A stretch of 63,277 bases of DNA, counting the filler, from Stramenopiles sp. TOSAG23-2 (Eukaryota), in the NCBI GenBank assembly GCA_900128395.1. It is 42 parts of 42 records of this genome, joined end to end, with 100 filler letters (N's around TTAATTAATTAA, not from the genome) between each part and the next. Parts side by side here need not be neighbours in the genome. Positions count along the whole stretch, not along the records: positions 48,365 to 49,768 come from LT652976.1; positions 49,869 to 51,271 come from LT652977.1; positions 51,372 to 52,773 come from LT652978.1; positions 52,874 to 54,275 come from LT652979.1; positions 54,376 to 55,777 come from LT652980.1; positions 55,878 to 57,278 come from LT652981.1; positions 57,379 to 58,778 come from LT652982.1; positions 58,879 to 60,278 come from LT652983.1; 34 more parts are not named here. One strand, 5' to 3'. Positions 48,716 to 60,378 of this stretch are shown piece by piece (the first letter of the stretch is position 1; each line of letters opens with the position of its first letter). The notes under the pieces were generated by a model, which did no database searches, was not told the origin of the DNA, and was given only the letters and a program-made list of their open reading frames with translations. The position numbers and the translations under genes are program-made.

Positions 48716-49768
48716 TTAAACAAGAACAGAATTCCTTCGATTGTTGTTGTTATTACCATTGGAAGTATTATCATTGTCATTTGAATTTCTTGCTAACACA
48801 GGTGCATTAATTCTTGAGGGTCTGCGACGGGGAGTATTACCTATTGGCAACAACTCTTCGCGTACTCTCTGTTGAGTTCTTCTATTATTACCCTCTCTTG
48901 TAGAGATTGTACTCAGTTCAATTGCAAGTGCCAATTGTTCCTCTTCATCAGAATTGTTATATTGCATCTGATTAAACATCCCAGCACGATGCCTCAATGG
49001 TGGAGGTTCCAATGAACGCCTCATTCTTGTTGTCCTATTATGATTCGGGAATTGTATAGCCCGTCCATGCATACGATTAAGTACCATATCATTATCATTC
49101 TCCTCCTCGAAATCACGTTGATTTAACCCCCAAAATGCATCGTTGTGATCAGTATTGTTTCTCCGATTCAATTCTCCAATCGATGGGGAGACATCACTTC
49201 TACTAGGTCTCCTCTTTTTGTATTTCTTTTTCTTTTTCTTTGGTTTTTTTTTCGATGAGCCGCCTATTTCTAATAATTGATTTGAACGAGCTGAAAAATC
49301 TAGAACTTCATCTGATTTTCGTGGGGATATAGTAGCATTTTTACTACTACCTCTTCCTCTTCTCATAACTTTATTTACCAACTGCTTCCGTCGTTCTTTT
49401 CGCTTTGTTTTTCGTTTCTCCGTTGCTAAGTCTATCACATTGACTTTACACAAGGGGCAAATACTATTTATTTGTAACCATGCATCTATACATGGTGAGT
49501 GAAATGTATGACCACAGGGCAACAATCGCACTTCTTCCCCATCCTCATAATCACCAAGACATATTGAGCATGAGATCTCTTGCTCCAACTTTTCCAATTT
49601 TAGTTTATGCTGTTCAGTAAACGTGAAAGTTGGAAACTTATTTATTGAACTTAGTGAAGCTCCACGATCTGTTGCTTCTAAATCCATTCCAAAATCATTT
49701 TCTACGTCGTGATGATGATTTGTAAAGGTCATGCGCCTAAAGCACAGGCAGCACATGCAACTGCATAT
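48716..49768 (-). CDS. RING-H2 E3 ubiquitin ligase with UIM-like motif, 5'-truncated
   Basis: CSICLGDYEDGEEVRLLPCGHTFHSPCIDAWLQINSICPLCK; EEEQLALAIELS. Confidence 0.93.
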   Translation of the reverse strand: MCSCMCCLCFRRMTFTNHHHDVENDFGMDLEATDRGASLSSINKFPTFTFTEQHKLKLEKLEQEISCSICLGDYEDGEEVRLLPCGHTFHSPCIDAWLQINSICPLCKVNVIDLATEKRKTKRKERRKQLVNKVMRRGRGSSKNATISPRKSDEVLDFSARSNQLLEIGGSSKKKPKKKKKKYKKRRPSRSDVSPSIGELNRRNNTDHNDAFWGLNQRDFEEENDNDMVLNRMHGRAIQFPNHNRTTRMRRSLEPPPLRHRAGMFNQMQYNNSDEEEQLALAIELSTISTREGNNRRTQQRVREELLPIGNTPRRRPSRINAPVLARNSNDNDNTSNGNNNNNRRNSVLV

Positions 49769-49868
49769 NNNNNNNNNNNNNNNNNNNNNNNNNNNNNNNN
49801 NNNNNNNNNNNNTTAATTAATTAANNNNNNNNNNNNNNNNNNNNNNNNNNNNNNNNNNNNNNNNNNNN

Positions 49869-51271
49869 GGATTCTTATATTATGCGCAAAATACTACATT
49901 ATCAAATGTTAATATTTACCAACAATTAACTCAACCTGATTGTGTCCTACGTTCATCCGATTATCAGGGATTAGCTGAATCAGATGGATGGGAGTTACAA
50001 TGCCATGTTGCTGTTTTAATTGCATGGTCTGACGTGTTTAAAAAATTACTATTAGGTAGTTGGAATGATTCGAATTTAATGGATGCAAGTGGCAAACACA
50101 TCGTTATTGTTAATATTGAAATCGTACCAAATATTGAGGTAATGCAAATATTATTAAGTGGTATGTATGTGCAATCATTATCAATGTGTGGTTATGACGT
50201 GCAAACGTGTGTCAATTGCCGTGGTGCTGCGGAATATTTTCAATTGGAACATATTGTTCGTGGTTGCGATGAAGCTATTGTAAAATCGATGGATGACGAC
50301 ACATGCCTTGGAATCATGGATTGGGCACAAGAAATATCATCTTGCCAATGGGTTTATCGTTTATCAAAAAGATACCTTCGTCAATATTTTGTGGACATTG
50401 TGAAAGATGATGACAGGCTTGCAAGTATATCAACGGAGCTTTTAATGGAAACGATCTCATCTGATTTTCTTCAATGTGAAGAATGGATGGTACTTGCAGT
50501 ACTGTTGCGTTGGGCTGATTTAAAAAATCCAGATGATGAAAACAAAGCTAATAATATTATTAATGATATTAACAAAGAATTTAACATTCCAACATCGTTT
50601 AAACCAAATGTTCACCAACCTATTTCTAGTAATAATAATATTGAAAATAGGCACCAGCCGTACTACTATTCTGATGATGAAGATGTAGATACTATCATTA
50701 TGATGGAAGAGATATTTGGTGAGGCTGTTCCAAAAAGTGAAATAAATAACAACAACAACAATAACAACAACAACAACAATAACAATAACAACAACGACAA
50801 CGACAAAAAACCTAGCGGTTCTACAAAGACAACAACAACTTTGATTGAACATATAAGGTTGCCATTTATAAAAGATGAAGAGCTAGAGATGTTGCTTGAA
50901 GATTTCCCTGCTTTCGGCTTATCTTTTAATAAAAAAGCAAAAGCAGTAGAGACAACAGACAATGAAAAAGCGGAGAAATTTCCTTTTGTATCCAAATGGC
51001 TTTCGAAAATATTCCCAAAATATATGGTTGATGAGAGACAGTTGTTTCAAAATCAAGGTGATAAACGACGTGAAGAAATGCGGAAAGCTTCAAATCCGAG
51101 ATTCTATTTAAGATTGGAGAAAAAAATTGTCGATGAGTTAGCAAAAGTGGAAGAGAGACGGGTAGAAGATTCACTTAAACATATAATGCTTCGCCAAGAA
51201 TACATGGTTTGCCGTATGTTTCATCCAACTAATGGAAGGAATAATTTTGATGGTTTGATTTGTACAGATTA
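49869..51271 (+). CDS. BTB/POZ-BACK domain protein (internal fragment)
   Basis: CHVAVLIAWSDVFKKLL, AAEYFQLEHI, ISSDFLQCEEWMVLAVLLRW, LIEHIRLPFI. Confidence 0.88.
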
Positions 51272-51502
51272 NNNNNNNNNNNNNNNNNNNNNNNNNNNNN
51301 NNNNNNNNNNNNNNNTTAATTAATTAANNNNNNNNNNNNNNNNNNNNNNNNNNNNNNNNNNNNNNNNNNNNAGAGAGAGATGGTGACGACAAGAGAAAGA
51401 AAGAAAGAAAGAAGATAATAAACAAATCATCATTTGAATCATTTATAGTTATTCATAGTTATAACATGAAATAAAGATATATATTATATATACACATTTA
51501 TA

Positions 51503-51974
51503 ATGCCATCGTCATCGATTACATCCGTTGATATTGAATCTGGTTTAAATACAGGGGATGCATTGTTAACCACTGTTACTGTTGGTGGTGCAGTTGTTGG
51601 TGGGGCCATTGCGGGAATGGAAAAAGTTGCACCAAAAAGTATTAAAAATAAAATGAAACGTCAAAAAAGTTATTTGAAGAAAAAAACAGAAGAGATAAAA
51701 CAAAATAATCCGGTGTGTGTTTTTTCTTCCCACTATATATATTTTGCAAGAAATTATATATATATAGTCGTACCCACGGAGGGTTACTACAAAAAATACA
51801 CATTTTGATATTATTTATAATTAATAATGGCATGTTGTTTATTATGCTTTAGTGATGCGCCGCATGAGAAAGATCAATTTGGAATGTACCAACGTAAATT
51901 CCAAGTGAATTTAATGGATGCATGTAATGCGGATCCATCATGTTGTTTATTTGGTTTCGTATGTCCATGTCCTA
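51503..51974 (+). CDS. Probable spliced PLAC8-like gene, 5' exons (exon boundaries uncertain)
   Basis: Exon ~51851-51974 reads FQVNLMDACNADPSCCLFGFVCPCP, followed by the donor-like GTTAGT. Confidence 0.5.
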
Positions 51975-52289
51975 GTTAGTGACAACAGGAAAATAAAAAT
52001 CATAAATAAGGAACACTAATTTTTATAATATAATACAGGATATGATACGAATATTTAATTGATAATATTACAAATAATACAATCATCATATTATATCGAA
52101 ACAAAAGAATGAAATGTACCGTAATGGATGTAAATGTTAAACGCATTAATTATATGATGTACACATAATCATTATATAAAAAATTCTCTTATTTATCATT
52201 ATAATGCATAATGAAATTATGATATTTTGATATTATGATATTTTATAAATAGAATCGCGCGCGGTAGTTTATAAATAAGAGTCCACGAT

Positions 52290-52513
52290 TCATTGTCCAT
52301 CTTTCAGTTTAGTGAGATAGATATTACGTACTAGATATTATTGTCTTAGTTATTGTATTCTTTCTGGAGAGTAGGAATTATCAATGAGTAAAATTAAAAA
52401 ATCATTGTCCATCTTTCAGTTTAGTGAGATAGATATTACGTACTAGATATTATTGTCTTAGTTATTGTATTCTTTCTGGAGAGTAGGAATTATCAATGAG
52501 TAAAATTAAAAAA
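52290..52513 (+). repeat. Dispersed non-coding repeat family B, perfect 112-bp tandem duplication
   Basis: 52290-52401 equals 52402-52513; inverted copy at 58879-58981; partial at 24245-24292. Confidence 0.92.
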
Positions 52514-52726
52514 TAAGTTTATGATGCATTAATTATACTATAATAAGAGTCCAAAATTATACTCATAATATATTTAAAATATTAAAATGTATAGCTTTAA
52601 TCTTTAATCTCTCTCGTATTACCTACCCACCACGAGGCTTTTAAACATCTCGAAGATCTACACACCCGCACGGGCACACTTTTTTACAAACAATTCACAC
52701 TCGTCCTTCTCATTCTACCGTAATAT

Positions 52727-52771
52727 TTACTTGCAACAACTATTATTACCACCACCATTCTTACCACCACC
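52727..52771 (-). CDS. Possible prenylated C-terminus (GGGKNGGGNNSCCK*), Rab-like tail
   Basis: Only 14 codons at the contig edge; Gly-rich linker plus CC. Confidence 0.25.
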   Translation of the reverse strand, partial: GGGKNGGGNNSCCK

Positions 52772-53118
52772 ATNNNNNNNNNNNNNNNNNNNNNNNNNNN
52801 NNNNNNNNNNNNNNNNNTTAATTAATTAANNNNNNNNNNNNNNNNNNNNNNNNNNNNNNNNNNNNNNNNNNNNACAACCACGACATTATAAGGATATACC
52901 ATTGCAAGATTGCAAGAATCACATGATGATGTCAACATAAACAGTGTAAAATGTTTTAAAACTAAAGTTTTTAAAAAAAATGTTTTTGTGTTAGGCACTG
53001 CTTATATAGTGTGTTTTTGTATTTTTAAAATTTTGTATTAGTATATTAGATTAGTATATAGAAAATAATTATATATAGGGGTATTGTAGTTGGTAGTATA
53101 TAAATATATATATATTAA

Positions 53119-53358
53119 TTATGATGTCTTTATCCTCATCAGTTCCACTTGTTGATACCCGTTTGATCCATCTCTTTTATATTGTTGTATAGCATTTAAT
53201 TGTGATATCATATTAGAACTAAGTTGATTATTACTTAGGAACAAGTATCTTAATGTATTGTTTGTTTTTAATCCATCAATAATACTTTGTATTCCACTAT
53301 CATCAGTAATATTATTATTATATAGGAGCAATGACGTTAATGTCTTGTTTGTTTTTAA
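53119..53358 (-). pseudogene. 5'-truncated LRR cassette or terminal exon (2 LRR units + C-cap), same family as 26828-27165
   Basis: LKTNKTLTSLLLYNNNITD..LKTNNTLRYLFLSNN..AIQQYKRDGSNGYQQVELMRIKTS*; homology begins abruptly at 53358. Confidence 0.75.
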
Positions 53359-54190
53359 TACAAGTACAATCAAGAACAATAAATGATATATACACATTTA
53401 ATGCTTACTATGTATACCGATCGATGTATATGTGTATGTGTGTGTGTGTATAGATATATATTATGAAATGTCTCCTATACTGTGTCCATGTTAATAATTG
53501 AATTAATGTCGGAGGGATATTTAATTTATATTCGACAACACAAAATAAGTACATAGATAGAAATGTGTACTCAAATGTATACCGGTGTATTGAAAGACTA
53601 TTTTCGATAAGATGCATTTATACATACATTTACCCTTAACACATTAATATGGCTAAAAAAGGACATTATATCATATAATTAATGAACTATAACTAAAGAA
53701 GTTTACATCACAGCATAGATAAGGTAATTGATTTATTTATGTATGCTTTTCCCTAATTATCCATAAATTGGAAAATACTTCGTAATAAAATATGAAAAAG
53801 TAACGATCTCTAACTTATACGCCACCGTACTTGTAGGTCACAATTATATACTAAAAAATATGGATATTCCTATATATAAAAAACTCACATACAAAATATA
53901 TCGAGTATCGTAATTATTATTTATACTAATAGTATTATTATTTGTAGTAATTATATATATAAAATAGTCGAAGGAATGTGATACTCGATCCATAAAACTA
54001 CATTTGGTTTGAATCTTTGCCGCGAAAAATGAAAAAAAGTTGAAAAATTTAATAAGCGATTGTCACCTATCAAATGACACGTAATTTGTACTTGAATGGG
54101 AAATCAGACTATTAAAAAATATCAAAAAGAAATTATGATATTATATAGGGATATCGTAGTTGGTAGTATATATATATATATTATTAATTA

Positions 54191-54274
54191 TTATGTCATT
54201 ATCACCATCCCTTCCACGTGTTCCACTTGTTGATACCCGTTTGATCCATCTCTTTTATATTGTTGTATAGCTTT
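54191..54274 (-). CDS. C-cap of a second, tandem LRR-family copy
   Basis: KAIQQYKRDGSNGYQQVEHVEGMVIMT*; coding and 3' flank 54142-54271 repeat 53072-53193. Confidence 0.85.
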   Translation of the reverse strand, partial: KAIQQYKRDGSNGYQQVEHVEGMVIMT

Positions 54275-54613
54275 ANNNNNNNNNNNNNNNNNNNNNNNNN
54301 NNNNNNNNNNNNNNNNNNNTTAATTAATTAANNNNNNNNNNNNNNNNNNNNNNNNNNNNNNNNNNNNNNNNNNNNATGCAATAATTTGAAACGTATTAAA
54401 ATATGTAACATTTTCTTTCACAGGTACTACCTTTTTACACTTCGTCTATTCCCTCCGTCATTTTCATTTCTATCTATTTCTTCTTCGATCAATTTAACCA
54501 TTCGAATTTTTTTTGACGACGATCCATCATTTTTAAGGGTTTTATTTGTTCTTTAAGGAATTTGTAATATTATGCAGATTTAGATTGAAGATGATTTTTC
54601 AGTGAGGTTTTAA

Positions 54614-54871
54614 GGTGCTGAGAAGAAGAAGTGTCTTAATATAGATGATGAAAACACAAGTGATAATAATGAAATAGAACTACCGACGAGGATACCTGAA
54701 TTGAAAGCCGATAAAGATGGATTTACAAACAATCCAATTTTTAGAAAGAAAAACTCGAACGATTTATTTGATTTTGAAGAATATTCAAGGTACAAACACC
54801 ATGAACAATCAAGAAAATATAAAAAAACTTTTCGACCGTCAGTTGTTTTTAGAGATGTATATAGTAGATGA
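54614..54871 (+). CDS. Possible terminal exon of unknown protein
   Basis: 86-codon open frame after the acceptor-like TTTTAAG. Confidence 0.35.
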   Translation, partial: GAEKKKCLNIDDENTSDNNEIELPTRIPELKADKDGFTNNPIFRKKNSNDLFDFEEYSRYKHHEQSRKYKKTFRPSVVFRDVYSR

Positions 54872-55143
54872 ATGAATGATTTTTAATGAGGTGATTAAAT
54901 GTAAAATTTAAATAGGCAAATATTAATAACCTGTACTTGTTAATATACTCTCAACCAGAAAATATTCAAAATAATTAATCAAAATATTAATGTATGAATA
55001 AAGATACATATATATCAATAATAAAATACAAAAGCCTAAGAAAAAACAACAACAACAAACAAAAACAAAGAAAAAATGAAACAAAACTGTTTCAACAAGC
55101 ACAATATTGAAGGTAATATATCTGTTAAATAAATATTATAACC

Positions 55144-55777
55144 ATGGAAAATAATTCCGAACATGACACCGGATTAACATCTGGCTTATCTGCAATGCCA
55201 GAACCTATATCAGTAGATGATGTAGCAAGTAAATTACTATCAATTCGTGAGGGATCCTCTGGTGCAAATTCAATATCGGAAATCACCAGTAATGCTACCA
55301 CTACAACAACCAACAATGATAATATGATGGCAAACCATGAAAATACTGCAATGCAACATATGCCACGGAGGGTTATTGTGCCATCCAACTATCAATTGTT
55401 TATGAGAGCAAATCGTTCTATTGTAAAAGATCAAATCTTACATGAAATACAGCAACAGGAAGCTGCTATTGATGTTGATAATTTTGATGTCAACCAACAC
55501 AATGAGAAGCCTCCAATAAGACCTAAGGTTTATCAACTGGTTACCAAACGCTTAGCGAAAATATGGCGAAATATGTCCGCTGAGCAAAAAAATAAATTTT
55601 CGATCAAGCGTGATGAAATTATACAGCATTTCAAAGACAAAGGAGTAGAATTTATTGATAATAAAAGGAAGAGGAAAAGTGGAGGAGGTACAAAAACCAG
55701 GCAAGTGAAAAAGAAAGTAGTAGTAGTACCTGTGAAAGAAAATGTTACATATTTTAATACGTTTCAAATTATTGCAT
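55144..55777 (+). CDS. HMG-box protein (insertion between helices 1 and 2), 3'-truncated
   Basis: PRRVIVPSNYQLFMRANR..LVTKRLAKIWRNMSAEQKNKF. Confidence 0.75.
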
Positions 55778-55877
55778 NNNNNNNNNNNNNNNNNNNNNNN
55801 NNNNNNNNNNNNNNNNNNNNNTTAATTAATTAANNNNNNNNNNNNNNNNNNNNNNNNNNNNNNNNNNNNNNNNNNNN

Positions 55878-57277
55878 TATAAAACATTAGAGAAAAATCT
55901 GCTACACCATTGATAAAAATCATAGCTAACGTCTGGTAGATGTGCTGCCGCCATTTCTGGGGTAGGTCCATCTGTTTCCGCAATCATTTGAATCTCGCGA
56001 GCATGGGTCAATACCTCCCAACGACGCATGTGTATCGCTAAATTTTCCTTGGCTAAGTCTAGATCGGCTTCGATAAAGGCATCCTCCCAACCCAACATGC
56101 CGTAAGATGCGCGCTGTTCCATAATGCCGTGAACAACAGACAGCGCATACAGCATCTTTCTGAAAAATTGCCGTCTTTTTGAGGAGGCTGGTTCTTTATA
56201 TGCACTTCGCAACGCCTCGTCTAGTTTTTTCTTCTCGCCTATAGGGAAACATTCTTGCAACAGTGGACTATCTCCTACGCCAGCAGCAACAGAGTACATC
56301 ATATCCAAATCAAAGTCTGATGGAGTCAATTCTTTAAATGTATCCATCATGGTTTGTCTCATACTATGTACTTCAGAAATAGCTAGGCAGATGGAATTGG
56401 CAACGACGTAGGATGGAAATGTGTTATCTACACAAGATATCATCCATAAGCGAAAGCGCGAATTAACTTCTGTTCCAATATCATGCAAATAATTGTGAAT
56501 GAAAGCCTCTAATTCCGGAAGCCATTCCGGTACTAAATGGCAATTGCATAGAATTACCCAGTTTCCATTGACTAACGATTCTTGCATTGCTAACTTGGCA
56601 TTTTCAAGACTATCTTCGCCTAAGAATATACGAACTGGTTTTTTCTGCCCACCATGAAAACGTTGCCAACGGGCGTAAAATTCCATTATGGAAGGGAGTG
56701 GGTCTTTGCTTCCTGTTGAAGATAACAATATCAGGATAGGATATGCTGGATTTATCATAGACGATAAGACGTGTGCACGATTCAAATCATAAGTAATATT
56801 ATCCAAGGTATTTTGTCCTAAAGTTGAGGATATCAAGGCTGGAAGCACGTTTGCAACAAATGCATTTGGGCATATCGCACGCATTAATATGACCTTTTGC
56901 CGGATTGATAATTTATTCCAAGGTGGCGGAAATGTCTCTAGCAATGGGTTTGTGGACCGAAAGATCGTTTGCCACATACTGGAATATGCCGGTGCAGATT
57001 TTTGTATTGTGACAGGTAAAGTTTCAAAATCATCTAATTTTGCGACTTCTAGGATACGCATCCACTCGTCTATGGTCATCCAGCCAGCAACTACTTTTGG
57101 GACTTCTATCGACTTTTTCTCTCCCTTTGCATCTCCTACATTACTATTTTTGATCTCGGATTGACCATCACTGAGCGTATGTCGCAAAAAAAAATTGGAT
57201 GGACAAGGAATGTCTAAATTGTTGCTAGTTAAATCACAATATGCTACAGGTTCAAATGAGTCGACATTCCTGGAAAC
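55878..57277 (-). CDS. Dynein heavy chain, divergent AAA6 region (internal fragment)
   Basis: PPPWNKLS, GNWVILCNCHLVPEWLPELE, FRLWMIS, FRKMLYALSVVHGIMEQRASYGMLGW. Confidence 0.9.
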
Positions 57278-57378
57278 CNNNNNNNNNNNNNNNNNNNNNN
57301 NNNNNNNNNNNNNNNNNNNNNNTTAATTAATTAANNNNNNNNNNNNNNNNNNNNNNNNNNNNNNNNNNNNNNNNNNNN

Positions 57379-57925
57379 TATTAGGATCAGCTTCACCTTG
57401 TTCAATTAAATATTTAACTACTTGGAAATGTTCGTTCTTTGCAGCAGCCATTAAAGGTGTCCTCCCATCATAATATGTATACCCCACAATCTGTTTCATC
57501 GTCATCTCACTTCCGGCACACTTTATATTGTTGATATATTTATGAAATGGATGTAACCTAAAAAAGAATTTAACACTCTCCAAATTCCCGTTTTTGCATG
57601 CTTGATAAAATACATACCTTCCATACTTTGCATATAAATCATATAAACGTCTTGGATTTTCAATCAAACGTTCAATACTCGATATAAAATTTATATCCCC
57701 ATTATTTTGTATTGTAAGTTGTTTTATTAAACATGATTCTTTTAAATTCAATATCGATTTTATATTTAGATATTTTATAATAATTTCAAACAAACCATGA
57801 ATATTACATACGGAATAGATAGTAGTTGTATCTGATTCTTTAACTTTTGTTTTCACATACGTTTTTATAAAATCTTCTGTATTTAGTATTTTCGTTACTA
57901 ATACATTTATTCTTTCAACTATCAT
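57379..57925 (-). CDS. F-box-like + ankyrin-repeat family protein, N-terminal part
   Basis: GLFEIIIKYLNIKSILNLK; ACKNGNLESVK; LHPFHKYI; GRTPLMAAAKNEHFQVVKYLIEQGEADPN. Confidence 0.85.
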
Positions 57926-58878
57926 GGTTGTTGCTTCTTTATCGATGTTGTTTGTGTTGTGTGTCTGTCTGTGTTGTTGTTTGTGTCGTGTGCATGTCTG
58001 TGTGCAATTATGTATATGTGTGTGTGTGTATATATATTATATTGGTAGTATTCCATTGTTATATTTTGTACTATGCCAGGTATGCACCAACAACTAAGAC
58101 AACATCATAATGTCACTTTGATTGACACCACTTTTTTATTCCATGAAAGACACAGCCGAACGCCATAACCTAAACCACCACATTTCATAATTATTACTAT
58201 ACTACCCCATTAAGAATTCAGAACTATTACTAATTTTTGTACTTTGTACTATTAACTATTAATACTCTGGCAACTGATAAGCTGGTAAGTGGTAAGCCTA
58301 TAAGGCCTAAGGCAAGCCCTGGGCAAGCACAGAGTCTTCCCAGCTGAGATTTCCAGCAATAATAACTTTGTACTTTTGTACTTTGTACTTATTGCAAACA
58401 TTACTGAAACGACGACTTATGAAAAACATTTTATATCCATATGGATCATTATAATATTATCATTGTATCCATACGATTATTTTATGGAAACATGCCGGGA
58501 ATGCTATCCCAGAGAGAAACAATACGGAGGTGCTTCTTTTTGAAAGATGTCCATCCTCCGTCCATTGTATAGTGTTTTTTATACCTAATATATTCTCCTA
58601 TCAAGGCATAATTAGTATGGGAATAGCATTTGTTTCATCATCATTTTCAAATCAAAATAAGAAATTTCCTTTGAAAACACTAACACTATAACAACACCTT
58701 TCTCCATCGATTGATGTGAATGTAGAGAGAGATACGAAATGTTGCAAGTATATATTTCTGATTGTATAATATTGATAANNNNNNNNNNNNNNNNNNNNNN
58801 NNNNNNNNNNNNNNNNNNNNNNTTAATTAATTAANNNNNNNNNNNNNNNNNNNNNNNNNNNNNNNNNNNNNNNNNNNN

Positions 58879-58981
58879 TTAATTTACTCATGATAATTCC
58901 TACTCTCCAGAAAGAATACAATAACTGAGACAATAATATCTATCATATCTCAACTAAACTGAAAGATGGACAATGAATCGT
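58879..58981 (-). repeat. Dispersed repeat family B, inverted copy
   Basis: Reverse complement matches CGATTCATTGTCCATCTTTCAGTTTAGT..TTCTTTCTGGAGAGTAGGAATTATCA. Confidence 0.9.
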
Positions 58982-59479
58982 AACATTTGCGATAGAGTTC
59001 ATTGAAATCCACAGATTTTTTTTTTTGAGATATATTTTTTTAAATGTGTTTAAAATTATTTTAATATTAAAATTTTTGTTTTTATTGGGTATAATACACT
59101 CTCTGGCCTTATTTGTTTGAGTACACTTTTTTTTCTTCATGCACACACACACGCACACACACTACTTTCCTTTTATCGTTCTTTATATCTTCTCTCTCTA
59201 AATATACGAAATACAAAACTCACGATAAACGACCTTTTACATTTTTGTTTTTGCTCTCTTAAGTACTCCCATTTTTTCACATTAACTATTGTATATTTTG
59301 TTTTTCAAATTCGTATTTGCGGCAATACAGTCTCATACATCTCATTCCAATTAACATATTATATATAATGTATGATGTCTAATTCTCTATATTTAAAAAT
59401 AAATATTTGACGACCGACATTATATTTCATATTGGAAGAAAAAGGGTGATGAATTTTTGGTATATATATTATATATATA

Positions 59480-60262
59480 TTAACCTAGCGCTGGGAACTC
59501 ATTGGCATTGTTAAGTTTAATACCTTGTCCACGGCTACTACGACCACCACCACGGTTACCACGACCTTTGTTTCCACCACGGCCACGGCCACCACCATTT
59601 CTACGATCGCCACGATCACGACGTGGTGGACGATCACCACTATCACTATTTTTTACAGTAATATTTGCGTCAATGAATTGTTTCTTTGCTTGGTTCTTCT
59701 TTTTCTTTGCTTTTTTTTGCCCTTCTGGAAGAAGTACAGCTTCGCCTTCAGTTTTCTTCAATAATTTTGCCCCTTTGAAGTCACTTTTGGTTTTTGGCTT
59801 TTCAAGCACTTTGAAAGCCTCGGAGTTGGTATTTTTACTTTGTTGTGCTTGCCACTCATCATATGAAATACCTGGTGGTGCTGAATCTTCTTGATTTTCA
59901 GCATTTTCATCTTCTTCACCAGCGCCATCACCGCCTTCTCCATCCAAGTTCTCAGTGCCAGTGCCCCAATTATGAGCGCCTGCTCCGCCTTTTTTCACTC
60001 CGCGGCCGCGTCCAGTTCCACTGACATGGCGATCTTTTTCTCTTTTTTTCGTGGTACCAGCTGGTTTGCCACCACGGTTTTTGTTGACCGATTTTTCACT
60101 TTTAGCACCTTGGCGTGATTTACCGGAAACAGGGTTTGCGTTTGCTGACCTTGATCCACTTGGTCCTTTTTTACCTTGTTTGGATCCAATTTTGTTACTC
60201 AATTGAACTTCATCTTCGTCATCGTCTGACATATCAAGAGCAGAAAATGCATTTCGCGCCAT
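59480..60262 (-). CDS. SERBP1/HABP4/Stm1-family RNA/ribosome-binding protein
   Basis: NAFSAL; KREKDRHVSGTGRG..KKGGAGAHNWG; RGG tract; FPALG end. Confidence 0.93.
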   Translation of the reverse strand: MARNAFSALDMSDDDEDEVQLSNKIGSKQGKKGPSGSRSANANPVSGKSRQGAKSEKSVNKNRGGKPAGTTKKREKDRHVSGTGRGRGVKKGGAGAHNWGTGTENLDGEGGDGAGEEDENAENQEDSAPPGISYDEWQAQQSKNTNSEAFKVLEKPKTKSDFKGAKLLKKTEGEAVLLPEGQKKAKKKKNQAKKQFIDANITVKNSDSGDRPPRRDRGDRRNGGGRGRGGNKGRGNRGGGRSSRGQGIKLNNANEFPALG

Positions 60263-60378
60263 GATGATCTATAATAATNNNNNNNNNNNNNNNNNNNNNN
60301 NNNNNNNNNNNNNNNNNNNNNNTTAATTAATTAANNNNNNNNNNNNNNNNNNNNNNNNNNNNNNNNNNNNNNNNNNNN

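Noticed and set aside
50746-50803. AAC/AAT and dinucleotide microsatellites throughout
   Set aside because: Ordinary poly-Asn and simple repeats of an AT-rich protist genome
54376-55777. Perfect terminal inverted repeats (54376-54430 and 55723-55777) suggesting a DNA transposon around the HMG-box gene
   Set aside because: Exactly 55 nt at both contig ends and lying within coding sequence, matching a k=55 graph overlap or inversion chimera; no transposase
58399-58700. Possible degraded coding sequence upstream of the ankyrin gene
   Set aside because: All frames are interrupted and no recognisable motif is present
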